From an uncultured Thermococci archaeon (GTDB taxonomy: Archaea; Methanobacteriota_B; Thermococci; Thermococcales; CAYNOZ01), in contig CAYTEI010000003.1 of NCBI GenBank assembly GCA_964436705.1, forward strand, positions 2,164 through 52,229: a DNA stretch of 50,066 nucleotides. Direction: 5' to 3'. A model generated the notes under the pieces. The model made no database searches and was not told the origin of the DNA. It worked only from the letters and a program-made list of their open reading frames with translations. Positions 39,063 through 48,232 of the stretch are shown piece after piece. Position numbers and translations under genes: made by a program. Every line of letters starts with the position of its first letter. The stretch's first letter is position 1.

Positions 39063-40544
39063 TTATTTTTCCTCGATAAACTTGTTCCTCACTTGTTTTC
39101 CTGAAAGAGTGACCATTGGCATGCCTCCTCCCGGATTTACACTGCCTCCTACGAAATACAGATTATTATATTTTTCACTTTCTTTCGGAGCTTTGAAACC
39201 CTTATTTTTCCCCTTATCAGAGACTACACCGTATATGGATCCTTTATTTGAATAATAATTCTTTTTTATGTCTTCTGGCTTCCAAATGTCCTCAGTAATA
39301 ATATGATCTCTTAAATCTTCTAATCCCATTCTTTCAAGCTTATCTAAGACATTTTCTTTAAATTCAGCAAATTCTTCTTCCGTAAATGATTCTTCTTCTA
39401 TGTGAGGAATGTGTGGAAGGATTTTTATGTTTTCACAGCCTTCAGGCGCTTGGGATTCGTCTGTTCTCGTTGAGGCAACCAAATAAATCGTTGGGTCTTC
39501 TGGAAGTTTTTTATCATTGTAAACAGAATCAAAGTGATCTTTTGGGTCTTTAGAAAAGAAAAAGTTGTGATGAGCTAATTGATCGTATCTTCTATCGACT
39601 CCAAGATGAATTACGTATCCCGAGCATGATGGTTCGAATTTCTTTTCATACCTTTTTACAATGCTTTGATCTTCCAGTAATTCTCTATAAGTTGGAATAA
39701 CTTCCATATTAGATACAAATATTTCTCCTTCAATTAGTTCGTTATTTTCTGTTTCAATGCTTTTAACAGAATTATTTTCAGTATTAATATTTACTATTTC
39801 AGTGTTAAGATTTATTTCTATGTCTAGATCCTTCATAGCTTCTTTCAGGCCTTCTGCCAAATTATACATTCCACCACTTACATACCAAAGCCCATACTCA
39901 AACTGTACAAATGGAAGCAAATTTAGAACTGCCGGAGCATCATAAGGAGATGAACCAACATATTTTACGAAAAAATCCATAATATGCGTCAAATAATCAT
40001 TACTTATCCGTTTATCTACACCTTCATGCATTGTATTGAAATAATCAAAATCCCAAAGGGAACGAATAAACCCATGATTTTTCAGAACTTCCCAAAGATT
40101 ATCTAAACCCTTATTAAAGTAACTATCCTCTGCAGCATCATATAGATTATTAGAATAATCCATGAATTCTCTTAAATCCTTTTTATCTTTTTTGCCGAGA
40201 ATTTCATTATTCTTAACTATTTCATCTACGTCACCGTACAGATCTATGACTTGATCATCCTCGAAGAAATTTCTCCATTGAAGATCCAGTTTTTCAATTT
40301 CAACATAATCATCCATATCTTTTCCGGCCATATCAAAAAGATCGTAGAAAATGTGGGGCATTGTTAGGATTGATGGTCCTAAATCAAATTTAAATCCATC
40401 TTTCTCCAGTAAATTCAGTTTTCCACCAATTTGATCATTTTTCTCATAAAGTTCCACGGAATAACCTTCCGAAGCAAAGGAAATCGAGGCGGATACACCC
40501 CCTAGGCCTCCACCAATAACAATAACCTTTTCTTTATTATTCAT
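39063..40544 (-). CDS. crtP: 4,4'-diapolycopene/diaponeurosporene oxidase (CrtNb/CrtP subfamily of CrtI-like enzymes)
   Basis: VIGGGLGG, FDLGPSILTMPHIF, KYVGSSPYDAPAV, IKILPHIP, GGSVNPGGGMPMVTLSG, as recalled for staphylococcal CrtP and Methylomonas CrtNb. Confidence 0.85.
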   Translation of the reverse strand: MNNKEKVIVIGGGLGGVSASISFASEGYSVELYEKNDQIGGKLNLLEKDGFKFDLGPSILTMPHIFYDLFDMAGKDMDDYVEIEKLDLQWRNFFEDDQVIDLYGDVDEIVKNNEILGKKDKKDLREFMDYSNNLYDAAEDSYFNKGLDNLWEVLKNHGFIRSLWDFDYFNTMHEGVDKRISNDYLTHIMDFFVKYVGSSPYDAPAVLNLLPFVQFEYGLWYVSGGMYNLAEGLKEAMKDLDIEINLNTEIVNINTENNSVKSIETENNELIEGEIFVSNMEVIPTYRELLEDQSIVKRYEKKFEPSCSGYVIHLGVDRRYDQLAHHNFFFSKDPKDHFDSVYNDKKLPEDPTIYLVASTRTDESQAPEGCENIKILPHIPHIEEESFTEEEFAEFKENVLDKLERMGLEDLRDHIITEDIWKPEDIKKNYYSNKGSIYGVVSDKGKNKGFKAPKESEKYNNLYFVGGSVNPGGGMPMVTLSGKQVRNKFIEEK

Positions 40545-40556
40545 ATTTTTAACTCC

Positions 40557-41129
40557 TTAATAAATGAAAGGAAAATATTTATACCGATTTTTCTTCCATT
40601 CAATATATTTATCACCTAATCTTTCTTCTAGTAATCTTTCTTCCTCATTGATTCTTTTTTTCAATGCAATAAACATTAGAAAACAGGTAAATATAACTCC
40701 AATTAAGTTACCAATAAATAGACTGACTCCAAGAACTATTAGAAATAGTCCTAAATAAAGAGGATGTCTTAGATACCTATAGGGGCCAACACTAACAAGA
40801 TTTACAACATTTGGAACTATTAAATCTCTAGTAAAGTTATTACCCAATAAAATAGCGCTCCAATATCTAAGAGAAAGACCGAGAAAAATAATAAAGATCC
40901 CTATTAATTCAAGCATAGGCAGAAATTCCCTAGAAACCATATTACTAATATTTGAAATAAATAAAACAAAAGAAAACCCTATAGATATTAAAATAGAGAT
41001 AAATATCAGATTATATGTTTTTTGACCTTTCTTTGATTTTTCTGAATGGAAAACAAGGAATTCTGACCACCAAACAAGAATTAAGATAGATACAGCTAAA
41101 TTTCTCAAGTTCCATTCAAGTGCGACCAT
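40557..41129 (-). CDS. Isoprenylcysteine carboxyl methyltransferase (ICMT/PEMT) family membrane methyltransferase
   Basis: About 5 TM helices; LGNNF, GPYRYLRHPLYLG, RINEEERLL...GDKY...PFIY motifs. Confidence 0.85.
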   Translation of the reverse strand: MVALEWNLRNLAVSILILVWWSEFLVFHSEKSKKGQKTYNLIFISILISIGFSFVLFISNISNMVSREFLPMLELIGIFIIFLGLSLRYWSAILLGNNFTRDLIVPNVVNLVSVGPYRYLRHPLYLGLFLIVLGVSLFIGNLIGVIFTCFLMFIALKKRINEEERLLEERLGDKYIEWKKNRYKYFPFIY

Positions 41130-41131
41130 TT

Positions 41132-42673
41132 TTAAATCTCCCTATACAGAGAAATAAGGTTCTTGATCTTTTCAAGAAAACCTATATCTCCGTATTCGGT
41201 GTGAATTATCTTTTTAAGAGTTTTATAAAAATCTTCAGTATACGGGAACCAGTTAACCTCGTCACCACTCCTTTTATTCACCATTACAGAAGTCCTAATA
41301 CAGAATCTCCTCAAACCCTCTACTCCATGATATAAACCAATTCCACTCTTTTTAACTCCGCCAAAAGGAAGTTGAGGATTACCAACATTCTTAACTACAT
41401 CATTAATATAACTATTACCAACTCTTAAGTGATTAACCACTCTCTTAGCTTTACTAATATCCTCGGTCCAAACACTAGAATTTAGTCCATACCTTGTATC
41501 ATTAGCAAGTTCAATAGCTTCTTTCTCAGTACTGAAAGGCATAATAGGAAGAACAGGACCAAAAGTTTCATCCTGCATGATCTTCATACTATGATCCACA
41601 TTTTTTAGCACTTGAGGATAGTAAAAGAGATCTTCACGCTTTCTATCAGTTAAAATCTTAGCTCCCTTATCCAGGGCATCATCTAAATGCTCATCAACTA
41701 TATTAACTTGCTGAGGATATATTATAGGCCCAATATCAGAGTCCTTATCATCACCAAACCTAAGATCCTTAACTCTTTCCACAACTCTTTCCACGAACTC
41801 ATTATAAATGCTATTCTGAACATATAATCTTTCAATAGAAACACATAACTGACCAGAATTTGCAAATGCTCCGTAAACAGCTCCTTCTACCGCTCGATCC
41901 AGATCAGAATCTTCAAAGACTATCATAGGATCCTTACCACCCATTTCAAGCTCAACAGGAATTAAATTCTTTGAAGCAGCCTCCATAATCTTCTTACCGG
42001 TTTCAACACTACCGGTGAAAAAGATTTTATCAGGCTCAGCGTCAATTAATTTCTTACCAACGTTTCCACCACCTTGAACCACTTGGAAAACATTATCAGG
42101 AAGACCCGAATCCTGACAAATCTCTTTAGCAACTTCACCAACCAAAGGAGTTACCTCGGATGGTTTTAAAATAACTGTACTACCAGCAACCAACGCAGAC
42201 AAAGTAGGCACCATAGATAATTGAAGCGGATAATTCCAAGGAGAAATGACAAGAGTCACTCCTAAAGGCTTATACTCAATGTAGGAATTGTTCTTCCGGA
42301 AGATCCTGGGGGTCTTCTTTTCCTCTTTACTCAGTATTTCTTCTGCATTATCTTCATAATACTTTATTGTATCGAGGGTTGGTAGTATATCCGACATTAA
42401 TGCCTCATTATCTACCTTGCCAGTATCTTTCTTGATATCCTTAACTAATTCATCGAGATTCTCGATCATAGATTTTCTAATGTTTGATAAATGATTTGTT
42501 CTTTTTTTAACACTTAAATTGCTCCAAGTTTTAAAAGCTTCTCTTGAATCCTTAATTACTTCTTTTATTTCCTTTTCAGAAGCTTTAGAATAAGTATTAA
42601 CAATTTCATTATTTTGGGGATTTTTTGATATGATCTTGTCGTCTTTAGTTATTTCAAACACCCTCGTTACCAA
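41132..42673 (-). CDS. Aldehyde dehydrogenase, putative diapocarotenoid-aldehyde oxidase (Ald/AldH)
   Basis: [38 protein letters not shown] motifs. Lies between crtN and crtP. Confidence 0.9.
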   Translation of the reverse strand: MVTRVFEITKDDKIISKNPQNNEIVNTYSKASEKEIKEVIKDSREAFKTWSNLSVKKRTNHLSNIRKSMIENLDELVKDIKKDTGKVDNEALMSDILPTLDTIKYYEDNAEEILSKEEKKTPRIFRKNNSYIEYKPLGVTLVISPWNYPLQLSMVPTLSALVAGSTVILKPSEVTPLVGEVAKEICQDSGLPDNVFQVVQGGGNVGKKLIDAEPDKIFFTGSVETGKKIMEAASKNLIPVELEMGGKDPMIVFEDSDLDRAVEGAVYGAFANSGQLCVSIERLYVQNSIYNEFVERVVERVKDLRFGDDKDSDIGPIIYPQQVNIVDEHLDDALDKGAKILTDRKREDLFYYPQVLKNVDHSMKIMQDETFGPVLPIMPFSTEKEAIELANDTRYGLNSSVWTEDISKAKRVVNHLRVGNSYINDVVKNVGNPQLPFGGVKKSGIGLYHGVEGLRRFCIRTSVMVNKRSGDEVNWFPYTEDFYKTLKKIIHTEYGDIGFLEKIKNLISLYREI

Positions 42674-44144
42674 ATCTTTTCTTTATTTCATGGGCTGCGA
42701 TTCTTCCAGACTCGTAAATAGTAGGTAGCCCACTACCAGGATTAGTTCCTCCTCCAACAATCCACATATTATCGAATTCTTCAAACTTATTTCTAGGCCG
42801 CCAGACTAACATCTGCCTTATATTATGGGATAGATTGAATGTAGATCCAATCCCAACATTCATTTCTTCCTTCCAATCCAAAGGTGTTAGTATCTTTTCG
42901 TACTCAATATGTCCCTCTAGATCTTCTAATTCTGCTTTTTCTTCTAGTTTATTGATTATTTGGTTCCTGTATTCTTCTTTTTTGGATTCCCAATCTGCAT
43001 CGGATTTTAGATTTGGAACTGGTACGAGCACGTAAAGGGTTGAATGCCCTTCAGGAGCTAGAGTAGGATCTGTAATTGAAGCGTTCTGAACGTAAAAGGA
43101 AGGATCTTCAGGTACAACTTTGAGTTCTTCTATTTCTTTGAAATTTCTTTCGTAATCTTCTGTAATGAAGACATTATGATGTTCAAGATCTTCATATAAC
43201 TTATCAAGTCCCAAATACAGCATGAACGTGGAACAGGAAAACTTCTTATTATCTATTTTTTCATCACTGTATTTATTTCTTTTCTCATTAGGGATCAAGT
43301 TTTTCATTGACCAAGCGAAATCAGAATTCATAATTATCTGATCTAATTCAATTTCCTCACCGCTTGAAAGTTCAATTCCTTGGGCTTCTCCATCCTCAAT
43401 CTTTATTTCTTCAACTTCGGAATCTAATCTTACTTCACCGCCTTTTTCCCTGAATAACTGAGTCATACCCTCTGCCAATTGGTTTAAGCCACCAATAGCA
43501 TGATATATATCCCAAGTATGCTCTATATATGGAATAATACTGAACATTGAAGGACAATTATACGGTGACATCCCTAAGTACTTAGACTGGAAAGTGAAGC
43601 CAACTTTAATTTTTTCATCGCTAAAATGTTTACCAAGATCATCCCAAAGACTCGTAAAAGGCCTAAGCACTGGAAGCATTTTTAAAACTTCTGATGAAAT
43701 AATATCAGTGTATTTATAGTAACCTCTTTGCAGAGCGGGTAAGGTTCTGTCCAGCTTCTTTTTATTATCTTTCATAAAGCTTTCATATCCATCACGATCG
43801 TCAGGCTCTATATTAGATATGGATTCCTTATTTTTTTCTTTATCTGGTCCTAATTTTAGCTTGTCTCCGTCTGAATATACTATTTGATAATATGGATCTA
43901 ATTCCACTAAGTCCACATATTCATCTAGATCTCTACCACATTCCTCGAATATTTCCTTTAGAATAAAGTCCATCATGAAAAAAGTTGGTCCTATATCGAA
44001 GGTGTAGCCATTTTCCTGAATTTTGGCGTTTCTTCCTCCGACTTCTGACTCTTTTTCGTATATAGTTACATCGTATCCGTAATGGGCTAAGAGATCTCCG
44101 GCTGCAAGCCCTCCAGGACCCGCTCCTATTATCCCGATCTTCAT
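42654..44144 (-). CDS. crtN: 4,4'-diapophytoene desaturase (CrtN subfamily)
   Basis: [62 protein letters not shown], as recalled for Methylomonas-type CrtN. Confidence 0.83.
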   Translation of the reverse strand: MKIGIIGAGPGGLAAGDLLAHYGYDVTIYEKESEVGGRNAKIQENGYTFDIGPTFFMMDFILKEIFEECGRDLDEYVDLVELDPYYQIVYSDGDKLKLGPDKEKNKESISNIEPDDRDGYESFMKDNKKKLDRTLPALQRGYYKYTDIISSEVLKMLPVLRPFTSLWDDLGKHFSDEKIKVGFTFQSKYLGMSPYNCPSMFSIIPYIEHTWDIYHAIGGLNQLAEGMTQLFREKGGEVRLDSEVEEIKIEDGEAQGIELSSGEEIELDQIIMNSDFAWSMKNLIPNEKRNKYSDEKIDNKKFSCSTFMLYLGLDKLYEDLEHHNVFITEDYERNFKEIEELKVVPEDPSFYVQNASITDPTLAPEGHSTLYVLVPVPNLKSDADWESKKEEYRNQIINKLEEKAELEDLEGHIEYEKILTPLDWKEEMNVGIGSTFNLSHNIRQMLVWRPRNKFEEFDNMWIVGGGTNPGSGLPTIYESGRIAAHEIKKRFGNEGV

Positions 44145-44357
44145 AATTTTTACCTCAAAGAGATTTTTAATTAGAATTAACCAAATTTAATTTTTAAAGA
44201 GTGATTTTGATCCAATTGATATTACATTTATATAAGTTTTTTATCTATTAAAGTTTTAGTATTTTCTAAAAAGAGGTTTAATTGTAACCTGATCGAAAGT
44301 TGTAAATTGGTTTGCACATAAGCCCTATATGTATTAGAAATAAGTAATAAAAAATAT

Positions 44358-44894
44358 TTAAAGATCAATTACTCCTTTTACTCGTTCTTCTACGTCTTCT
44401 AAGTCCTTTTCATTTGGACGTCCTTTAATGTTACCTAATCGTCCTTCTTTGGAGGCATAATCCATATTTTCTGTATAATCTCCGACTATATACCATTCTC
44501 CTAGAATTGTGTAACCTAAATGATCGAACATTTGCCCCATGTATTTCACGGCCGGTACGGCTTCTTTTCTCCCTGTATGGACTCCACCATAGGTACAATA
44601 AACTATAGCCCTTCGATTCGATCTCTTAGGACACCCTGGTTTTATATCATCAGTTTCAGAGTACTTGGAGAGAAGTTTTGAGAAAAGATCTCTCATTGGT
44701 TTTCCTGGTAACCAATTATAGACTCCGGATCCGGCGAAAACGAATTCGTAGTTCAAAATATTTAAGCCATCCAAATCCGAATCTATTTTTACAGTATTCA
44801 CCTCATGCCCGATACCTTTTAAAGTGTGTTCTATTCGGTTCGCAACTTTCTCAGTATTTCCTGAAGACGAATAAAAAACATTTAGGACTTTCAA
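44358..44894 (-). CDS. Flavodoxin-like protein
   Basis: YSSSGNTEKVA FMN loop, GSGVY, YCTYGG, GRPN motifs. Confidence 0.85.
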   Translation of the reverse strand: MKVLNVFYSSSGNTEKVANRIEHTLKGIGHEVNTVKIDSDLDGLNILNYEFVFAGSGVYNWLPGKPMRDLFSKLLSKYSETDDIKPGCPKRSNRRAIVYCTYGGVHTGRKEAVPAVKYMGQMFDHLGYTILGEWYIVGDYTENMDYASKEGRLGNIKGRPNEKDLEDVEERVKGVIDL

Positions 44895-45028
44895 ATTTAT
44901 CCCTCCAAGCTTGCTATCTCTTATAATCTTGTGAATTTTAAAAACTATGGAGATACAATTTAAAATTTATAAAGATATAAAGCATAATATAAAGGTATAA
45001 TTCCGGATACAGAATATTGACTAAATCT

Positions 45029-46108
45029 TTAATTAATTTCTACTTGCTTGAATCCTCCGAAATTTTTTCTTACTCCGTTGTAGACAGGTTTTCCAACAAA
45101 TTCTTTAAATATCTCATTTGCTTTGTTTTCTGGATCTATATCTTCGAATTTATCTGGAAAAACCTTCTTTCCAATGTAATATGAATTAGCTAGCACTATT
45201 TCGAAATTAGTTCCATAGAACATGGATGGGAGTATTCCATAGATCTCTTCGGTTTTCATTACTGATAGAACTTGGTATTTAGGTTCTTTTAGTTCTTTTT
45301 TGCATCTTTTGAGATTTGATTCGGATATGAACATTATTTCTGGGTTCCATGTTACTAATTTTTCCCTACTAATCATTGCGTGTCCATCGATTGAACTAGC
45401 AACATTTTTAGCGTTTAGGAATTTGAATGGTGCGAATGGGTGCTGAGTTGAGATTATTCCTGCTCCTCCTTCATGGGATCTTCCTCCGATATATACTTCT
45501 GGTTTAGCTTTTTTCGGGATTTCCTTTGTTCTATTATTTAGATCAGATATTATGGTTTCAGTATAATTAATAAGTTCTTGTGTTCTTTTTTGTTTATTTA
45601 GTACTTTTCCAACAGTTTCTAGGGCTTCATAGAATTGTTTTTGGTTTTTTATTATTTTTCCTGGTGAGGTTAGTACCACGGGGATACCTGTTTTGTCTTG
45701 TAGATCATTTGCTTTTCCCTCGGTTAAGGCGGTTGCTATTATGACGTCAGGGCTTTGTTCCGTTATTAGGCTTGGATCTCCTCCAAAGTCTGTACCGATG
45801 GATGTTTTTTCTTGTATTTCGGGGTGTGCCATGTTGTATGGGTTGAGTTTTCCCCATTTTTTCTCTGTTTGCTCTACGCCAACTACTTTGTCTGTAGCGT
45901 TTACAAAGGTTATCAATCTTAGTGCGCTTGGTCCGATTCCAATTACTTTATTTACTTTGTTTGGGATCTTAACTTTTCTTCCCGCCATATCTGTTATCTC
46001 TTCTTTGTTGGCTTGGCTTTGACTTTGGTTAATACATCCACTAACTAAGAGTATGGAAACTATTAACATGGTTATTGTGATCTTGAACATTTTTGATTTA
46101 TTAAACAT
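45029..46108 (-). CDS. Iron/cobalamin-type ABC transporter substrate-binding lipoprotein
   Basis: LVSGC lipobox; TDMAGRKV, VVGVE, PDVI, WNPE, and PDKFEDID motifs. Confidence 0.88.
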   Translation of the reverse strand: MFNKSKMFKITITMLIVSILLVSGCINQSQSQANKEEITDMAGRKVKIPNKVNKVIGIGPSALRLITFVNATDKVVGVEQTEKKWGKLNPYNMAHPEIQEKTSIGTDFGGDPSLITEQSPDVIIATALTEGKANDLQDKTGIPVVLTSPGKIIKNQKQFYEALETVGKVLNKQKRTQELINYTETIISDLNNRTKEIPKKAKPEVYIGGRSHEGGAGIISTQHPFAPFKFLNAKNVASSIDGHAMISREKLVTWNPEIMFISESNLKRCKKELKEPKYQVLSVMKTEEIYGILPSMFYGTNFEIVLANSYYIGKKVFPDKFEDIDPENKANEIFKEFVGKPVYNGVRKNFGGFKQVEIN

Positions 46109-46111
46109 TTT

Positions 46112-46852
46112 TTATTCCTCTTTAAATTTTATTAAGGGTTGTAAATCGTTTTCAAGTAGATCTTTTATGTTTACGCCTTCTTGTACTTTCTTCATTACTT
46201 CTTTGTCCTCTTTTATTTTGGAACCCGCTATAGCATCTACCCCGTAATCGAATAGTACGGAAGAAAAAGGAGTTGAAGGTCCTAAAACAATGTTATATGA
46301 ATTTTGGGATAATTCAAGGAGTCTAGGTAGAGTTTTATTTATTAGGGTGGTTCCAGTTATTAATACGTAGTCTGCTTTTGGTAAAATGTACTCAGAAGCG
46401 GTATCCGGTAGGTCTCCTTTGATGTTTTTTCTTTCTAAGGTCCAGACCTCTACATCTTTATCTGTTCTATCGACCCATGGGAAGTGCCCAATGACGGCGA
46501 CCTTGTCTCCATCCGATAATTTTTTATCAATGAAATCAAAAGCGTTCATTTTTTCTCCTTCGGGCTCCATTAAAGAGTTAAGAGCAGCTAGTCCGATGCT
46601 GGCTTCTGTAAAGTTCCATGATTTTATGTATTTGGTTAATTCGAGAGCTGTTTTCTCTGTGAGGTTCCCAGCGTTTTTGATTGAGGAATCTTCTCGGCTG
46701 TCGTATCTCATTGATATTCCAGCGTTCCTACTTTTGACGTATACTTCGTGTAGGCCTACCCTTATCTTTTTGATTTCTTCGTCTTGGATTTCAGATATTA
46801 GATCTTGATAAATCTTGAAATTGTAGTCTTGGTGATTTTGCATCTTATCCAT
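46112..46852 (-). CDS. DUF364 (Rossmann-like, putative metal/cofactor-binding) protein
   Basis: ASIGLAALNS, VAVIGHFP, ITGTTLINKT, LGPSTP, GVDAIAG motifs. Confidence 0.85.
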   Translation of the reverse strand: MDKMQNHQDYNFKIYQDLISEIQDEEIKKIRVGLHEVYVKSRNAGISMRYDSREDSSIKNAGNLTEKTALELTKYIKSWNFTEASIGLAALNSLMEPEGEKMNAFDFIDKKLSDGDKVAVIGHFPWVDRTDKDVEVWTLERKNIKGDLPDTASEYILPKADYVLITGTTLINKTLPRLLELSQNSYNIVLGPSTPFSSVLFDYGVDAIAGSKIKEDKEVMKKVQEGVNIKDLLENDLQPLIKFKEE

Positions 46853-46924
46853 CCTGAAATGGTATTAGACCTCACTTATATTATTTACGATTTGTCGTTA
46901 ATGTAGTGAATAAAGGGTTTTTTA

Positions 46925-46947
46925 GATATAGAGAATAGTTCTATATC
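46925..46947. promoter_or_regulatory. Inverted repeat, possible operator upstream of the DUF364-SBP operon
   Basis: GATATAGA-N7-TCTATATC, perfect 8-bp arms. Confidence 0.3.
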
Positions 46948-47050
46948 CCAGTTTAATCTGAATTCTTTGGAGACATGAAATCGCTTTAAAGGGTAATTAG
47001 TATAATAACTAGAACCAGTTCTTGCCTTTTATTAGGCACCCGACCAAGAA

Positions 47051-47089
47051 CCAAAAACCTTATAAAGGAAAACCCAAAAACCTTAAATA
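47051..47089 (+). promoter_or_regulatory. Tandem BRE-TATA elements upstream of tfb
   Basis: CCAAAAACCTTATAAA (47051-47066) and CCAAAAACCTTAAATA (47074-47089). Confidence 0.5.
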
Positions 47090-47217
47090 CTGGAAAACTT
47101 CTTTTGCTTTAAAAATTTCCCCAGCATAATTTGTATAAAAATATCTACAATGATAAAAAACGATTCAATAATAGAAGATATCCAAAAAAGTAGTTATCAA
47201 ATCTTGAGGTTATTTTT

Positions 47218-48117
47218 ATGGAATGTCCTGAATGTGGAAGCGAGAATATCGTAGAGGATTACGGAAGCGGTGAAACAATCTGCGGAAATTGTGGACTAGT
47301 AGTATCAGATGAAATAATCGACCAAGGGCCAGAATGGAGATCCTTCAACAGTGAAGATAAGAAAGACAAGAAGAGATCAGGAGCTCCATCCACCTACATG
47401 ATCCACGACAAAGGCCTTTCAACTAATATAGATTGGAGAAACAAGGACAGTAATGGAAGAGATATTGGCTCTGACCAAAAGTCCAAGATGTACAGACTAC
47501 GTATGTGGCAGAGAAGAACTAGAGTTTCTAGTTCAAAGGATCGTAATCTTTCCTTTGCATTAAGTGAGCTTGACAGGATGGCTTCAGCTCTTGAACTTCC
47601 TAAGAATGTTAGAGAAGCTGCTAGTGTTCTTTACAGGAGAACTATTGACGAGGACTTAGTCAGAGGAAGAAGCATTGAAGAAATGACAAGCGCCTGCCTA
47701 TATGCAGCTTGCCGAAAAGCAAGAATTCCAAGATCACTAGACGAAACCAGCGAAGTAGCAAAGGTTAGTAAGAAAGATATTGGTAGAACCTATCGATATA
47801 TTTCACGAGAACTCGAATTGCAGCTGAATCCTACGAGCCCAGTAGATTACATACCTAGATTTGTCTCAGAGCTTGGTCTTTCAGGTAATGTAAGAACGGA
47901 AGCTGAGAAACTTATTCAGAGAGCAATGGAGGAAGGGTTAACATCTGGTAGAGGACCCCTAGGGGTTTCTGCAGCAGCTATCTATATTACAGCAGCTAAT
48001 GGTGGAGAAAAGCGGACTCAGAGAGAGGTAGCAGAAGTTGCTAATGTAACTGAAGTTACTGTAAGAAACCGATACAAAGAACTAGCTGATGAATTTAATA
48101 TCGACGTAAAAATATAA
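47218..48117 (+). CDS. tfb: Transcription initiation factor IIB
   Basis: CPECGS...CGNCG zinc ribbon, GPEWRSF, HDKGLST, cyclin repeats with RGRS, and [12 protein letters not shown]. Confidence 0.97.
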   Translation: MECPECGSENIVEDYGSGETICGNCGLVVSDEIIDQGPEWRSFNSEDKKDKKRSGAPSTYMIHDKGLSTNIDWRNKDSNGRDIGSDQKSKMYRLRMWQRRTRVSSSKDRNLSFALSELDRMASALELPKNVREAASVLYRRTIDEDLVRGRSIEEMTSACLYAACRKARIPRSLDETSEVAKVSKKDIGRTYRYISRELELQLNPTSPVDYIPRFVSELGLSGNVRTEAEKLIQRAMEEGLTSGRGPLGVSAAAIYITAANGGEKRTQREVAEVANVTEVTVRNRYKELADEFNIDVKI

Positions 48118-48232
48118 ATTCTTCTTTTTTTATAAATTTTGAGTATTTCTTAGAAAAGGTTTGAGTTATGGAAGAAGGAATAGATCCTTCTCCCAGCTGG
48201 CCTGTCTATTACACTTGGATTTTTGGTTCTTC

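Noticed and set aside
46960-47051. Partial TPP-riboswitch-like words on the minus strand (GGGTGCC...GGCAAGAA...TACCCTTT)
   Set aside because: The core UGAGA, the CUGAU/P5 arm and the 3' GGGAA are absent, and the downstream genes are not thiamine-related.
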